DNA of 55,476 nt from Pseudomonadota bacterium (lineage in GTDB: Bacteria; Pseudomonadota; Alphaproteobacteria; Micropepsales; Micropepsaceae): contig JAKOQZ010000011.1 of assembly GCA_029778105.1 (NCBI GenBank), positions 1-55,476 on the forward strand, read 5' to 3'. The position numbers and the translations under genes are program-made. Below, one piece after another: positions 39,295-48,387 of the stretch. Within the stretch, counting starts at the first letter, position 1, and every line of letters begins with the position of its first letter. The notes beneath the pieces were generated by a model, which was not told the origin of the DNA, did no database searches, and was given only the letters and a program-made list of their open reading frames with translations.

Positions 39295-41187
39295 TCACCG
39301 GTCGAGCCACAGCGCATCGAGGCGATAGATGCCGAACTGGGCGCCGGGGTCCCAGCCGAAGATGCCGGCTTGCGGCACGTTGCGCAGCGCGTTGGAAACA
39401 ACGACCGGCTGGAGGACGCCCGAAACGATGCCGATGGAGAATTGCTGATCGGCGTGAATGTCGAGCATCTCGCGCCAGATCGCGGCGCGCGCGGCGTCGT
39501 CGGTGGCGAGAGTCCAGTCCTTGTAGAGCTGAAGCAGGCGCTGGCCTTCCGGCAGGTCGACGGCTTCGCCCGATGCGCCCTTCGTGGCGATGTACTGACC
39601 CCAGCGCGGCCAGGCGAGGAATTCCTGATGAACCGGCGCCAGTTCGTCGGGGCTGGCGGACGGCGTCGGCACCCCGTTCTCGAAACCGGACCACACCGTC
39701 ATATGGCTTTCGCCGGCATAGGCGCGGTTGCGCAGCACGCTGCGCTCGTAAGGCCGCACAATCATGCCGATTCCCGCCTTGCGCCATGTCGGCGCGATGA
39801 GCTCGAGGATCGCCGCCTCCTCGCCGCTCTCGCCGGAGGTTTCGACGACGATCTGCAGCCCGCGTCCATCGGGCAGGAGGCGGATGCCGCGCGCGTCGCG
39901 CTGGGTGAGGCCGATCTCGTCGAGCAGGGCATTGGCTTTGGCGAGATCGAAGATTGCGTCGCGCACCGTGCGGGCGGGGTCGTAGAGCGGACTTTCCTTC
40001 AGCGCCGTGTTGTTACCGGCCGTCGCGAGCCCGAAGAACAGCGAGCGGTTGATATCGTCGCGGTCGATGGCGGCCGAAAGCGCACGGCGAAAACGTGCGT
40101 CGCGCATCAGGTTGCGCCAGACCGGATCGGCGGTGGTGAGGTTCGGGAAGAGCGCGACCTGCGCTCCTTTGGTGACGGGATAGAGCTTCACCTTGAAGCC
40201 GCCGCCGTTCTCGGCCGCCTTCAGCGCGCCGGCATCCGAGAAGGCGAGACCGCGGAACTGCAAATCGGCGTCGCCTGCCGCCGTCTTGGCTGCGATGAGC
40301 CCCGGTTCGACGATCGTCACGTCGATCCCGTCGAGATAGGGCAGCTGCATGCCGTAAGGGTCGAGGCGATGGAAATAGGGATTGCGCCGGAAGTGGAACA
40401 CCGGGCCGCCGCCGGGCTCGATGACGAATGGCTGCAGGCTGGGCATTTCCGAGTTGTCGTTATCGTACATCGAGTCGCGCCGGTTATGCAGCGCGGCCCA
40501 GCCCTTCACCTTCTCCGCCGCGACCAGCGCATCGATGTCGGCCTTGTCGCCGTACTTGATGTGGAAGCGCTTCAGATAGTGCGCGGGACGATAGATATAG
40601 GGCTCGCGCGCCTGTGCGAGCAGCGCGAGAAAGCGTGGGTTTGGCGTGGGCCACTCATAGCGGACCGTCGTCTCGTCGATGACGGTGAAGACGGGCGGAA
40701 CGCCATCGACGGTCAGTTCTTCAGGAATGCCGGCAGGCGTCAGCTCGGGATTGCTGGCGATATCTTCCCAGTAATAGCGGAAGTCCTCTGAGGTGAACGG
40801 CGCGCCGTCGGACCATTTGTGGCCCTTGCGCAGATGCATCGTGAAGATGCGATTGTCCGTGATCTCGATAGCTTTGAGGATGTCGGGCCTGATCTGCAGA
40901 TTCTCGTCGTAGCCGACGAGACGGGCATATCCCCAGACATTGAGCAGCCGGACGTCCTTGTCCTTGGGCAACAGCGTGCGCAGGCGTCCGCCGCTCTTGC
41001 CGGTGGTGCGCCCCAGCGTCTCGAAGCCGCCGACGAGTGGCTCCTGCGGCACACGCCCGGCTGCAGCCGGCAGCGCGCCGGCAGCGACATCTGCCGCAAG
41101 CGATGGCGGATCGATGGGCGTGGGCGTCGCGGCGGCGGCCTGCCCCAGCAGCGCGAGCGCGAAGACCGCTTTAAGCAGCTTGCGCAT
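39295..41187 (-). CDS. Family-5 ABC substrate-binding protein
   Basis: Signal peptide, LRKGHKWSDGAPFT.ED, RNPYFH..D..G.QLPY.D and D.RFRRALS.AIDR motifs. Confidence 0.9.
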   Translation of the reverse strand: MRKLLKAVFALALLGQAAAATPTPIDPPSLAADVAAGALPAAAGRVPQEPLVGGFETLGRTTGKSGGRLRTLLPKDKDVRLLNVWGYARLVGYDENLQIRPDILKAIEITDNRIFTMHLRKGHKWSDGAPFTSEDFRYYWEDIASNPELTPAGIPEELTVDGVPPVFTVIDETTVRYEWPTPNPRFLALLAQAREPYIYRPAHYLKRFHIKYGDKADIDALVAAEKVKGWAALHNRRDSMYDNDNSEMPSLQPFVIEPGGGPVFHFRRNPYFHRLDPYGMQLPYLDGIDVTIVEPGLIAAKTAAGDADLQFRGLAFSDAGALKAAENGGGFKVKLYPVTKGAQVALFPNLTTADPVWRNLMRDARFRRALSAAIDRDDINRSLFFGLATAGNNTALKESPLYDPARTVRDAIFDLAKANALLDEIGLTQRDARGIRLLPDGRGLQIVVETSGESGEEAAILELIAPTWRKAGIGMIVRPYERSVLRNRAYAGESHMTVWSGFENGVPTPSASPDELAPVHQEFLAWPRWGQYIATKGASGEAVDLPEGQRLLQLYKDWTLATDDAARAAIWREMLDIHADQQFSIGIVSGVLQPVVVSNALRNVPQAGIFGWDPGAQFGIYRLDALWLDR

Positions 41188-42988
41188 CGCGGCCTCCAAT
41201 GGCGGCGCGGTGACCGGGCGCGATTTCGACGAGCGGGGCCTGGTCATCGCCCATATCGCCCGCCGCGCGGGCGGCGACGGCTGCGAGGTCGAGGCGGTTC
41301 ATACGGTCGGCATCCGGCGCGGCGGCGATGAGGGCGCGCGTGTAAGGGTGAACCGCGCGCTCGAACAGCTCGGCGGCGGGCGCTTCCTCCACGATGCGGC
41401 CGCGGCGCATCACCGCGACGCGGTCGGCGACATGTTCGACGACCGCAAGGTCGTGGCTGATGAAGAGATAGGCAAAGCCCAGCTGCGTCTTGAGATCGGC
41501 GAGCAGATTGAGAATCTGCGCCTGCACCGACACGTCGAGCGCCGAGGTCGGCTCGTCGAGGATGAGGAGATCGGGACGCAGCGCGAGGGCGCGGGCGATG
41601 GCGATGCGCTGGCGCTGACCGCCGGAGAAGGCGGGCGGAAAGCGGTCGAGCGCGCTGCGCGGCAGCCCGACGAGATCGACCAGCTCGCGCGCGCGGACAT
41701 CGCGCCCCTTGCGGCCGGCGAGGCCGTGAATGGCGAAAGGTTCGGTCAACGTCTCGCGGATGCTCATGCGCGGGTTGAGCGCCGCATAAGGGTCCTGGAA
41801 GACATAGGCGACGCGGCGGCGGAAGCGTGAGAGCGCGCTGCCGGCGATGGTTTTCAGATCGTGCGCCGCGCCTTTGGCGTGAAAGACGACGCGGCCGGTA
41901 TCGGGTTGGTCGGCACGCATCAGCAGGCGTGCGAGGGTGGACTTGCCCGAACCGGACTCGCCCACCAGACCGACGCTTTCGCCGTGGCCGATGGCGAGCG
42001 AGACCCGGTCGAGGGCCAGCGCCGGCTCGCCGCCGCGTCGTGCGCCGAAGGTCTTTGATACGTCGATCGCCTCGATCAGTTTGGCGCCGGGGGCGGCATC
42101 CTCACGCTTGCGCGCGGGGCGGGCCGCATAGGCGGTTGCGGCGTCGTCGCCCGCTTCGCCGCCGATGACGGCCAGCCGCGACGTGCGGCGATGCAGGCTG
42201 GGGTTCGCGCCCTTCAGCGCCTGAAAATAGGGATGCCGGCTCTCGGCGAAGACGGCGTCGGCAGGGCCACGCTCCATCACCCGGCCGCGATAGAGCACGA
42301 CGAGATCGTCAGCCAGCGCGGCGACGAGGCCGAGATCATGGGTGATGAAGAGGACGGAGAGGCCGAGGTCGTCTTTCAGCCTTTGCAGCAGGGCGAGAAC
42401 CTGCGCTTGGATGGTGACATCGAGCGCGGTGGTGGGTTCGTCGGCGATCAGGACGGACGGACGCGCGGCGAGCGCGGCGGCGATCATCGCGCGCTGGCGA
42501 AGGCCGCCGGAGAGCTCGAAAGGATAGGCGTCGAAGCCGCGAACCGGGTCGGGAAAGCCGGTCAGGCGCAACATCTCGGTGGCGGCAGCGCGCGCGGCGC
42601 GTTTCGAGACGTTGTCATGCGCGCGCGCGGCCTCGGCGATCTGGCTGCCGACGGTGTGGACCGGCGAGAAGGCCGAGAGAGGTTCCTGAAAGACGAGACC
42701 GATGCGCCCGCCGCGCACAGCGCGGAAGGCGGGGTCGGCAGGGTTCAGCTTCACAAGATCGAGGGCGGGACCCTTGCCGTCATCAAGCAGGATGGAGCCG
42801 CCGAGTTTTGCGCCCTGGGGCAGCAGGCCCATGGCGGCGAGAGCGAGCGTGCTCTTGCCCGAACCGGATTCGCCGACCAGCGCCGTTATGCGCCCCCGGC
42901 CCGCATCGAAGGTGACGCCGTTCAGCGCCTGCACCGGCGGGCGGCCGGCGAAGCTGAGCGTGACATCTCGGAACGAAAGAACCGGCAT
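41171..42988 (-). CDS. Fused double ABC ATPase (OppD/F type)
   Basis: Two GESGSGKST motifs, [16 protein letters not shown] and DEPT.ALDV. Confidence 0.93.
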   Translation of the reverse strand: MPVLSFRDVTLSFAGRPPVQALNGVTFDAGRGRITALVGESGSGKSTLALAAMGLLPQGAKLGGSILLDDGKGPALDLVKLNPADPAFRAVRGGRIGLVFQEPLSAFSPVHTVGSQIAEAARAHDNVSKRAARAAATEMLRLTGFPDPVRGFDAYPFELSGGLRQRAMIAAALAARPSVLIADEPTTALDVTIQAQVLALLQRLKDDLGLSVLFITHDLGLVAALADDLVVLYRGRVMERGPADAVFAESRHPYFQALKGANPSLHRRTSRLAVIGGEAGDDAATAYAARPARKREDAAPGAKLIEAIDVSKTFGARRGGEPALALDRVSLAIGHGESVGLVGESGSGKSTLARLLMRADQPDTGRVVFHAKGAAHDLKTIAGSALSRFRRRVAYVFQDPYAALNPRMSIRETLTEPFAIHGLAGRKGRDVRARELVDLVGLPRSALDRFPPAFSGGQRQRIAIARALALRPDLLILDEPTSALDVSVQAQILNLLADLKTQLGFAYLFISHDLAVVEHVADRVAVMRRGRIVEEAPAAELFERAVHPYTRALIAAAPDADRMNRLDLAAVAARAAGDMGDDQAPLVEIAPGHRAAIGGRDAQAA

Positions 42989-42997
42989 GAGAAGACC

Positions 42998-44134
42998 TTA
43001 GCCGCCCGCTGCGATCTCTGCGAGACGCCGTGCGGCGGTCTCAGCGCCGTTCATGAGCAGGGCGCCGGGGTCGGTGGCCGGCGCGGCCAGCGCGGCTCTT
43101 GCGGCGGCGGCCAGCGTGTCGGGCGTGAGCCTGTCTTCGGGGAGATGCGTGACCAGACCGAGCGCGGCGAACCGCGCGGCGCGCAGCCTTTGCTCCGGTT
43201 CGCCGGGTGGGGCGAAGGGAATGATGAGGGTGGGTGTGCCGGCGGCGACTGTTTCGGCCATCGTGTTGTAGCCGCCGCGCGAGATGGAGAGCCGGGCGGC
43301 GGCGATGCGGGCGGGGAGATCGCTGGCGGCGTGAAGGATTTCGCCGCCGAATTGGCGGGTTATCGCGGCGCTGAGGGCCTCGTGCAGGCCCTCCGGCGCG
43401 TGCTGGCCGGTGATGAATGTCCACGGCTCTTCGGCCAGAAATCCGGATTTCCAGGCCCTGACGGCGGCGGTCAGAAGCGGTGCCGCATCGCCGCCGCCGC
43501 CGGCTGACACGATGACGCCGCGGCGTGCCGGTTGCGGGACGGGCGTGGCGTGCGAGGCCACATAGCCGGTGAGCGTGGCGGGCACGGGGATCTCGCCCGG
43601 CCAGACGTCGTTCAGGGGCGTCACGGCGGGATCGCCGTGGATGAGGACGGCGTCGTAGTGCCGGACGAGGCGATCGGCGCATTCTGCCAGGCGCTTTTCG
43701 TCGGCGGGCGGGGTGGGCAGATCGCGGATGGAGGCGACGATCCTGGCGCCGGCGGCGTGTGCGGCCTCGATCAGGGGGAGGATTTCGCGGGCGAGTTTGC
43801 GCCGGCCGAAGGGGAAGGTCTCGGTGACGACGACGTCCGGGGTGGCTTGGCTGAGGGTTTCCGCGACGATTTCGGCGCGGCGGGCCCAGATGTCCTCGGT
43901 GACGGGCCAGCCCCCGGCCGTGACGAGGCGGGCATAGGTGGTGTCTTCGGCGCGGATCGCAGGCAGGGCGACGAGCGTGACGGCGGGATCGAGACGGCCG
44001 GGAACGGGCGTATTTCCGCTGAGAATCGTGGCCGAACCGCCCGCCGCGACGACGGCATTGGCGAGGGCCGCGGTGCGGGTGAAGTGCCCGACGCCCCATA
44101 GATGGTTCACATGGAAAAGGACGCGGAGGGTCAT
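42998..44134 (-). CDS. Predicted GT-B glycosyltransferase (COG4671 / GT28-C-like)
   Basis: HLWGVGH..R, ETFPFGRR, SIRD, VSAGGG, S.GGYNT..E and EQ..RA motifs. Confidence 0.8.
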   Translation of the reverse strand: MTLRVLFHVNHLWGVGHFTRTAALANAVVAAGGSATILSGNTPVPGRLDPAVTLVALPAIRAEDTTYARLVTAGGWPVTEDIWARRAEIVAETLSQATPDVVVTETFPFGRRKLAREILPLIEAAHAAGARIVASIRDLPTPPADEKRLAECADRLVRHYDAVLIHGDPAVTPLNDVWPGEIPVPATLTGYVASHATPVPQPARRGVIVSAGGGGDAAPLLTAAVRAWKSGFLAEEPWTFITGQHAPEGLHEALSAAITRQFGGEILHAASDLPARIAAARLSISRGGYNTMAETVAAGTPTLIIPFAPPGEPEQRLRAARFAALGLVTHLPEDRLTPDTLAAAARAALAAPATDPGALLMNGAETAARRLAEIAAGG

Positions 44135-44718
44135 GCGCGGGCCGGGAGGGCCAGATTGGCGGTTTCCAGCCTCAAATGCCCGCTTTCCCACACGAAAATA
44201 TGGGCGGCGCGCCATTTCAGTTTGAAGGGCGGCTTGTCGCGCATGTCCCAGCCGAGCGCCAGCGACAGCGCGGCGCGGATGATGCCCTTATGGGTGACGC
44301 AGACGGCGAAATCGGGGCCGTTGCGTTCGAGATTTGCGAAGAACCGGCAGAGCCTGTCCTGTGCCGCCCGGGGGCTTTCGCCGCCCGGGGGGCGGAAATC
44401 GAGCCCGGCCAGACCGCGTGCCGCGATGCGGTGGCTGAGGGGGGTGGTGACGGCGCGGGTGAGCCCTTCCCAGGCCCCCCAGTTGGTTTCGATGAGCAGC
44501 GGCTCGATCTGCGGTTCGTGCCCCAGCAGGCGCGCCGTTTCCACGGCGCGGGTGAGGGGCGAGGAAAACCATGTGCCGCCCCGAAGCTCGGGCGGCGGCG
44601 CGAGGCGGGCGAGTTCGGCCCGGCCCTCGGGCGAGAGGGGTGTGTCGGCGTGACCCTGGATGCGGCCCTCGGCGTTCCAGAAGGTCGCGCCGTGCCGGAT
44701 GAGGGCGATGCGGGTCAT
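44131..44718 (-). CDS. Histidine phosphatase (phosphoglycerate mutase family)
   Basis: LIRHG.T.WN..GRIQG, SSPL.RA.ETA, E..WG.WEG, PGGES and THKG motifs. Confidence 0.9.
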   Translation of the reverse strand: MTRIALIRHGATFWNAEGRIQGHADTPLSPEGRAELARLAPPPELRGGTWFSSPLTRAVETARLLGHEPQIEPLLIETNWGAWEGLTRAVTTPLSHRIAARGLAGLDFRPPGGESPRAAQDRLCRFFANLERNGPDFAVCVTHKGIIRAALSLALGWDMRDKPPFKLKWRAAHIFVWESGHLRLETANLALPARA

Positions 44719-45806
44719 GGCGCGAGGGGGGCGAGGATGGCCCGAAGGCGTGCCGCCGCGTGGGCGATGTCGCGCTCGCCATGGACGAATTCACCCGCCA
44801 CCTCGCCCATGATGTCGCGGGTCTGACGGTTCAGCAGCAGGATGCGCAGCGACTGGGCCAGCGCCTCGGCATCGCCGGCCGGCGAAAGGAGCCCGCCGCG
44901 GCCCTGTTCCACCACGGCCGGCACGCCGGCCGTCTGGCAGGCGACGACGGGAAGGCCGCTGGCCTGGGCTTCCAGATAGGAGAGGCCATAGGCCTCTTTC
45001 AGACCCGGCCAGAGATAGAGGTCGGCGCGGGCGTAGAGGGCGGGCATGGCCTCGGGCGGGACGGCGCCCATGAAGGTGACGCGGTCCTTGGGGAAATTGG
45101 CGAAAGCGGCCCTGGCCTCGGCTTCGCCGGCCCCGCCGCCCGCGACGACGTAGAACCATTTGAGGTCGGCGATGCGGGCGAGGGCCGAGGCGATGAGCGG
45201 GAAGTTCGCCAGCTTCTTGCCCGGCCGCAGCATGGCGACGGAGAGGATGAGCGGGGTCAGGCCGCTCTTGCGCGCCAGCCCCCGGAAGCGCGCGGCGTCG
45301 ATGAAGGGCGGCAGGCGGTGCAGGCGTTCCGGCGCGACGACCTGCTGCAGCATGGCGGCGTCGTGGTCGGTCATGGCGATGACGGCGTCGGCGGATTCGA
45401 GGGCGAATTTTGCTGCAGCATAGGGCGCAGCAAAATCGCCGATCGCGCGCTTGGGCGCGTGGCTGGCCTCGACGATCACATAGGGGATGCCGAGCGCCTT
45501 CGCGACGTGAGGCCCGAGATGATCGGGCGATTTGTAGTAGCTGAGATAGGTGAGCCAGAGGGCGGGCGGATCGGCGCGGTGGCGCGCGATGAGCGCGGAA
45601 ATCTCGGGCTTCGCCGCTTCTGCGATGGCCGATTGCTGCGCCGCATCGCCCTTGCCCTCATAGGCGCGCAGGGGCGAAGCGGGTTCGGCGCGATAGCCGA
45701 TGGTTTCAAGCGCCCGGGCGAGGAGGCCGGTCATGGCGCGGTCGCCCGATGGCGGCGCGCCGGGGACGAGCGGGTTCATCGGGGCATAGAGAAGGACGCG
45801 CTTCAT
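44715..45806 (-). CDS. GT4 glycosyltransferase
   Basis: PSGDR.M, TY.SYYK.PD and EAYGLSYLEAQASGLPVV (EX7E) motifs. Confidence 0.88.
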   Translation of the reverse strand: MKRVLLYAPMNPLVPGAPPSGDRAMTGLLARALETIGYRAEPASPLRAYEGKGDAAQQSAIAEAAKPEISALIARHRADPPALWLTYLSYYKSPDHLGPHVAKALGIPYVIVEASHAPKRAIGDFAAPYAAAKFALESADAVIAMTDHDAAMLQQVVAPERLHRLPPFIDAARFRGLARKSGLTPLILSVAMLRPGKKLANFPLIASALARIADLKWFYVVAGGGAGEAEARAAFANFPKDRVTFMGAVPPEAMPALYARADLYLWPGLKEAYGLSYLEAQASGLPVVACQTAGVPAVVEQGRGGLLSPAGDAEALAQSLRILLLNRQTRDIMGEVAGEFVHGERDIAHAAARLRAILAPLAP

Positions 45807-47035
45807 GCTGCACCCGCAGCCCCGTCCATGCTGCGCAGCATGGACGCGATGGCGTCGGCGGTGGGCGCGGCGGCGAAATCGGCGGCGACGCGGGCGCGCC
45901 CGGCCCGGCCCATGGCGGCGCGCGTGGCGGGTTCGGCGATCAGCGTTTCGAGATGGGCGGCGAGCGCGGCGATCCGGCCCGGCGGGGCGAGCAGTCCGTT
46001 GAGGCCGGGCGTCACCAGTTCGCCGACGCCGCCGACCCCTGTGGAGAGAACGGGCAGGCCCTGCGCCTGCGCCTCGACCAGCACGTTGGGCAGACCGTCG
46101 CGGTCGCCGTCGGCGGCGATCTCGGGCGTCAGGGCGAAGAGATCGGCGGCCTGCATCGCGGCGCGGACCTCGTCTTCGGAGAGGCTGCCGCGCCAGTGTG
46201 TGCGCCCGGCGATCCCGAGGCTTTCGGCCTCGCGCTTCAGCGCATCGCGCAGCGGCCCGCCGCCGATATGAACAAAGCGCCAGTTGAGCGTCGCCGGCAG
46301 CGCGGCGAGCGCGCGCAGCAGGGCCGGATAGCCCTTTTTCTCCACCGCCCGCCCGACCGAAAGAACGATCACGGGGTCGGACGGGTCGCCGCCGTCGCGC
46401 GGCGGGCGCGGCGGGGCTTCGGGCCAGTGTGCGAGATCGAGCCCGTGGCGGCCGAGATGTGGCGGTTTTCCGGGCGAAAGAGCGGCAAGGCGGGCGTGGC
46501 CGTCGGCGGTGCAGCAGGTGGTGAAGCGGGCGGCGGCGAGCTTGGCGGCGAGATCCCAGTCGGGCGTCGTCCAGATGTCGCGGGCATGGGCGCTGACCGC
46601 GAAGGGCAGGCCGGTGAGGGCGGCGGCGTAGCGGGCGACGGACGCCGGCGTATGGATGAAATGGGCGTAGAGCGCCCTGGCGCCGGGGGGCAGTTCGGCG
46701 GCGAGCACCAGGGCCTGGCCGAAGCGGCGGATGCGGTTGCGGGTGCGGTCGCGCGACCAGTCGGCGCGGAAGAGCGCCTTTGCGGCGGCATAGCCGGGTG
46801 TCCAGCGCAGCTTGCGCCAGGCGCGGATCACGCGGCCCGGCTCGTTATGCAGATATTCCGGCAGGTACGCGACGGCGGCCTTCACGCGGCCATGGACGGG
46901 ATGGGTTTTCGTGTCGGTCGGGTGGCGCAGCGACCAGAGGGAGAGCGCGAGGCCGCGGGCCTCCAGCGCCTCCAGCTCGCGCGCGATGAAGGTTTCCGAC
47001 AGGCGCGGCCAGCCCTTGAGGACGACCGCGATCAT
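45803..47035 (-). CDS. GT4 glycosyltransferase (WcaL-like)
   Basis: GWPRLSETFI..E, HF.H.PA, VGRAVEKKG and DRDGLPNVLVEA motifs. Confidence 0.88.
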   Translation of the reverse strand: MIAVVLKGWPRLSETFIARELEALEARGLALSLWSLRHPTDTKTHPVHGRVKAAVAYLPEYLHNEPGRVIRAWRKLRWTPGYAAAKALFRADWSRDRTRNRIRRFGQALVLAAELPPGARALYAHFIHTPASVARYAAALTGLPFAVSAHARDIWTTPDWDLAAKLAAARFTTCCTADGHARLAALSPGKPPHLGRHGLDLAHWPEAPPRPPRDGGDPSDPVIVLSVGRAVEKKGYPALLRALAALPATLNWRFVHIGGGPLRDALKREAESLGIAGRTHWRGSLSEDEVRAAMQAADLFALTPEIAADGDRDGLPNVLVEAQAQGLPVLSTGVGGVGELVTPGLNGLLAPPGRIAALAAHLETLIAEPATRAAMGRAGRARVAADFAAAPTADAIASMLRSMDGAAGAA

Positions 47036-48219
47036 CGGCCGAGCCAGAGCGTGGCGAGGCGCACCACCTCGTCGAGCCCGTCCATCATGCCGGGCGTGAA
47101 GGCGGCGGAGGGCCGGGGCTGGTGCATGACGGCGCGGATCGCATCGGCCATCACCGCGATGTCGCGCGACCCGCCGCGTTCGGCGGGGTCTTCCAGCATG
47201 CGGGCAAGGCCCAGCTCCTCGGCCCGGGCCGCCCTGATCCATTGTTCGCGGCGGGGCTTTTCGCGCGGCACGATGACGGCGGGTTTGTCGAAGGAGAGGA
47301 TCTCGCAGAACGTGTTGTAGCCGCCCATGGCGACGACGCCCCCGGCGCGCTCGACGATGCGCTCCATCTCGGCGTCGAAGACGGCGCAGGTGACCTCGGG
47401 CAGCGCGGCGGCGCGGGCGAGAAAGCGCTCCTGCGCGGCGGGGTCCATGAAGGGGCCGAGCATGACGACGGCGGGCGGCAGATCGCCGAAATGTTCATAG
47501 GCCGACAGCGCCCAGTCGATCAGGCCCTCGCCGTCGCCGCCGCCGCCCGTGGTGACGAGCACATAAGGATCGGCAGGCAGGGCGAAACGGGGCTGGCCGC
47601 GCCCGATGGCGGCGGTGTCGCGGCGCAGATAGCCGGTATAGCGGGTGCGCGCGTCGAGGCCGGGCGGCAAAGTGAGGCCGGCGAGGGGATCGAAGATGTC
47701 CCGGACGCCGTAGATCCAGATCTCGTCGTAGAGATCGGCGAGGGCGGGGCCGACATTCTTGCGGGCCCATTCCTGATCGAGCGCCTCGGCGTCGTCGAGC
47801 ACGTCGCGCAGGCCCAGCACCAGACGCGCGCCCTGGCTCTTGAGCATGCCGAGGGTCTGGGTGAGCTCGCCCCTGAGCCCCAGCGGTTCCTTGTCCACGA
47901 TCACCAGATCGGGGCGGAAGACGCGGGCGGTCTCTTCGATGATCTCGGCGCGCAGGCGGAAGGCGTCGGCGGTTTCGACCGTGAGCTTGGTCGGCGTGTA
48001 GGCGCCGTCGCGCAGCTTGATGACGCCGGGCACGCGGACGAAATCGACCCGTTCGGGAAACTCGAAGGCGCCGATGATGGGCGAGCCGGAGATGATGAGC
48101 GTGGTGAGGTCGCCCCGCGCAGCGGTCAGCGCGCCGCCCAGCGCCCGGCAGCGCCGCAAATGGCCGAGACCGAAACTGTCATGACTGTAGAGCAGGACGC
48201 GGGCGGGCGGGGGCGTCAA
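47032..48219 (-). CDS. Predicted GT-B glycosyltransferase (COG4671)
   Basis: LLYSHDSFGLGHLRR, VDKEPLG, GLRDVLD, TTGGGGDG, MGGYNTFCEIL and PR.EQ.IRA motifs; TTG start. Confidence 0.82.
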   Translation of the reverse strand: MTPPPARVLLYSHDSFGLGHLRRCRALGGALTAARGDLTTLIISGSPIIGAFEFPERVDFVRVPGVIKLRDGAYTPTKLTVETADAFRLRAEIIEETARVFRPDLVIVDKEPLGLRGELTQTLGMLKSQGARLVLGLRDVLDDAEALDQEWARKNVGPALADLYDEIWIYGVRDIFDPLAGLTLPPGLDARTRYTGYLRRDTAAIGRGQPRFALPADPYVLVTTGGGGDGEGLIDWALSAYEHFGDLPPAVVMLGPFMDPAAQERFLARAAALPEVTCAVFDAEMERIVERAGGVVAMGGYNTFCEILSFDKPAVIVPREKPRREQWIRAARAEELGLARMLEDPAERGGSRDIAVMADAIRAVMHQPRPSAAFTPGMMDGLDEVVRLATLWLGR

Positions 48220-48321
48220 ACGGGCGCTCCGGGCAATGGCGGGACGGGCGGAGATTGCATGGCGGGGCCGGGGTTGTCAGCCTCTTGAATGGGGGACGGC
48301 GATCGCGGCCTGCCAGGGCAT

Positions 48322-48345
48322 GACAATCCCTGCGATGTGATTGTC
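48322..48345. promoter_or_regulatory. Inverted-repeat operator candidate in the divergent promoter region
   Basis: GACAATC-N10-GATTGTC, directly upstream of TTGCGT-N17-TAACCA (48351-48379). Confidence 0.5.
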
Positions 48346-48387
48346 GCGCCTTGCGTGTAGGGGCGGCGACCCCTAACCATCGGCGCG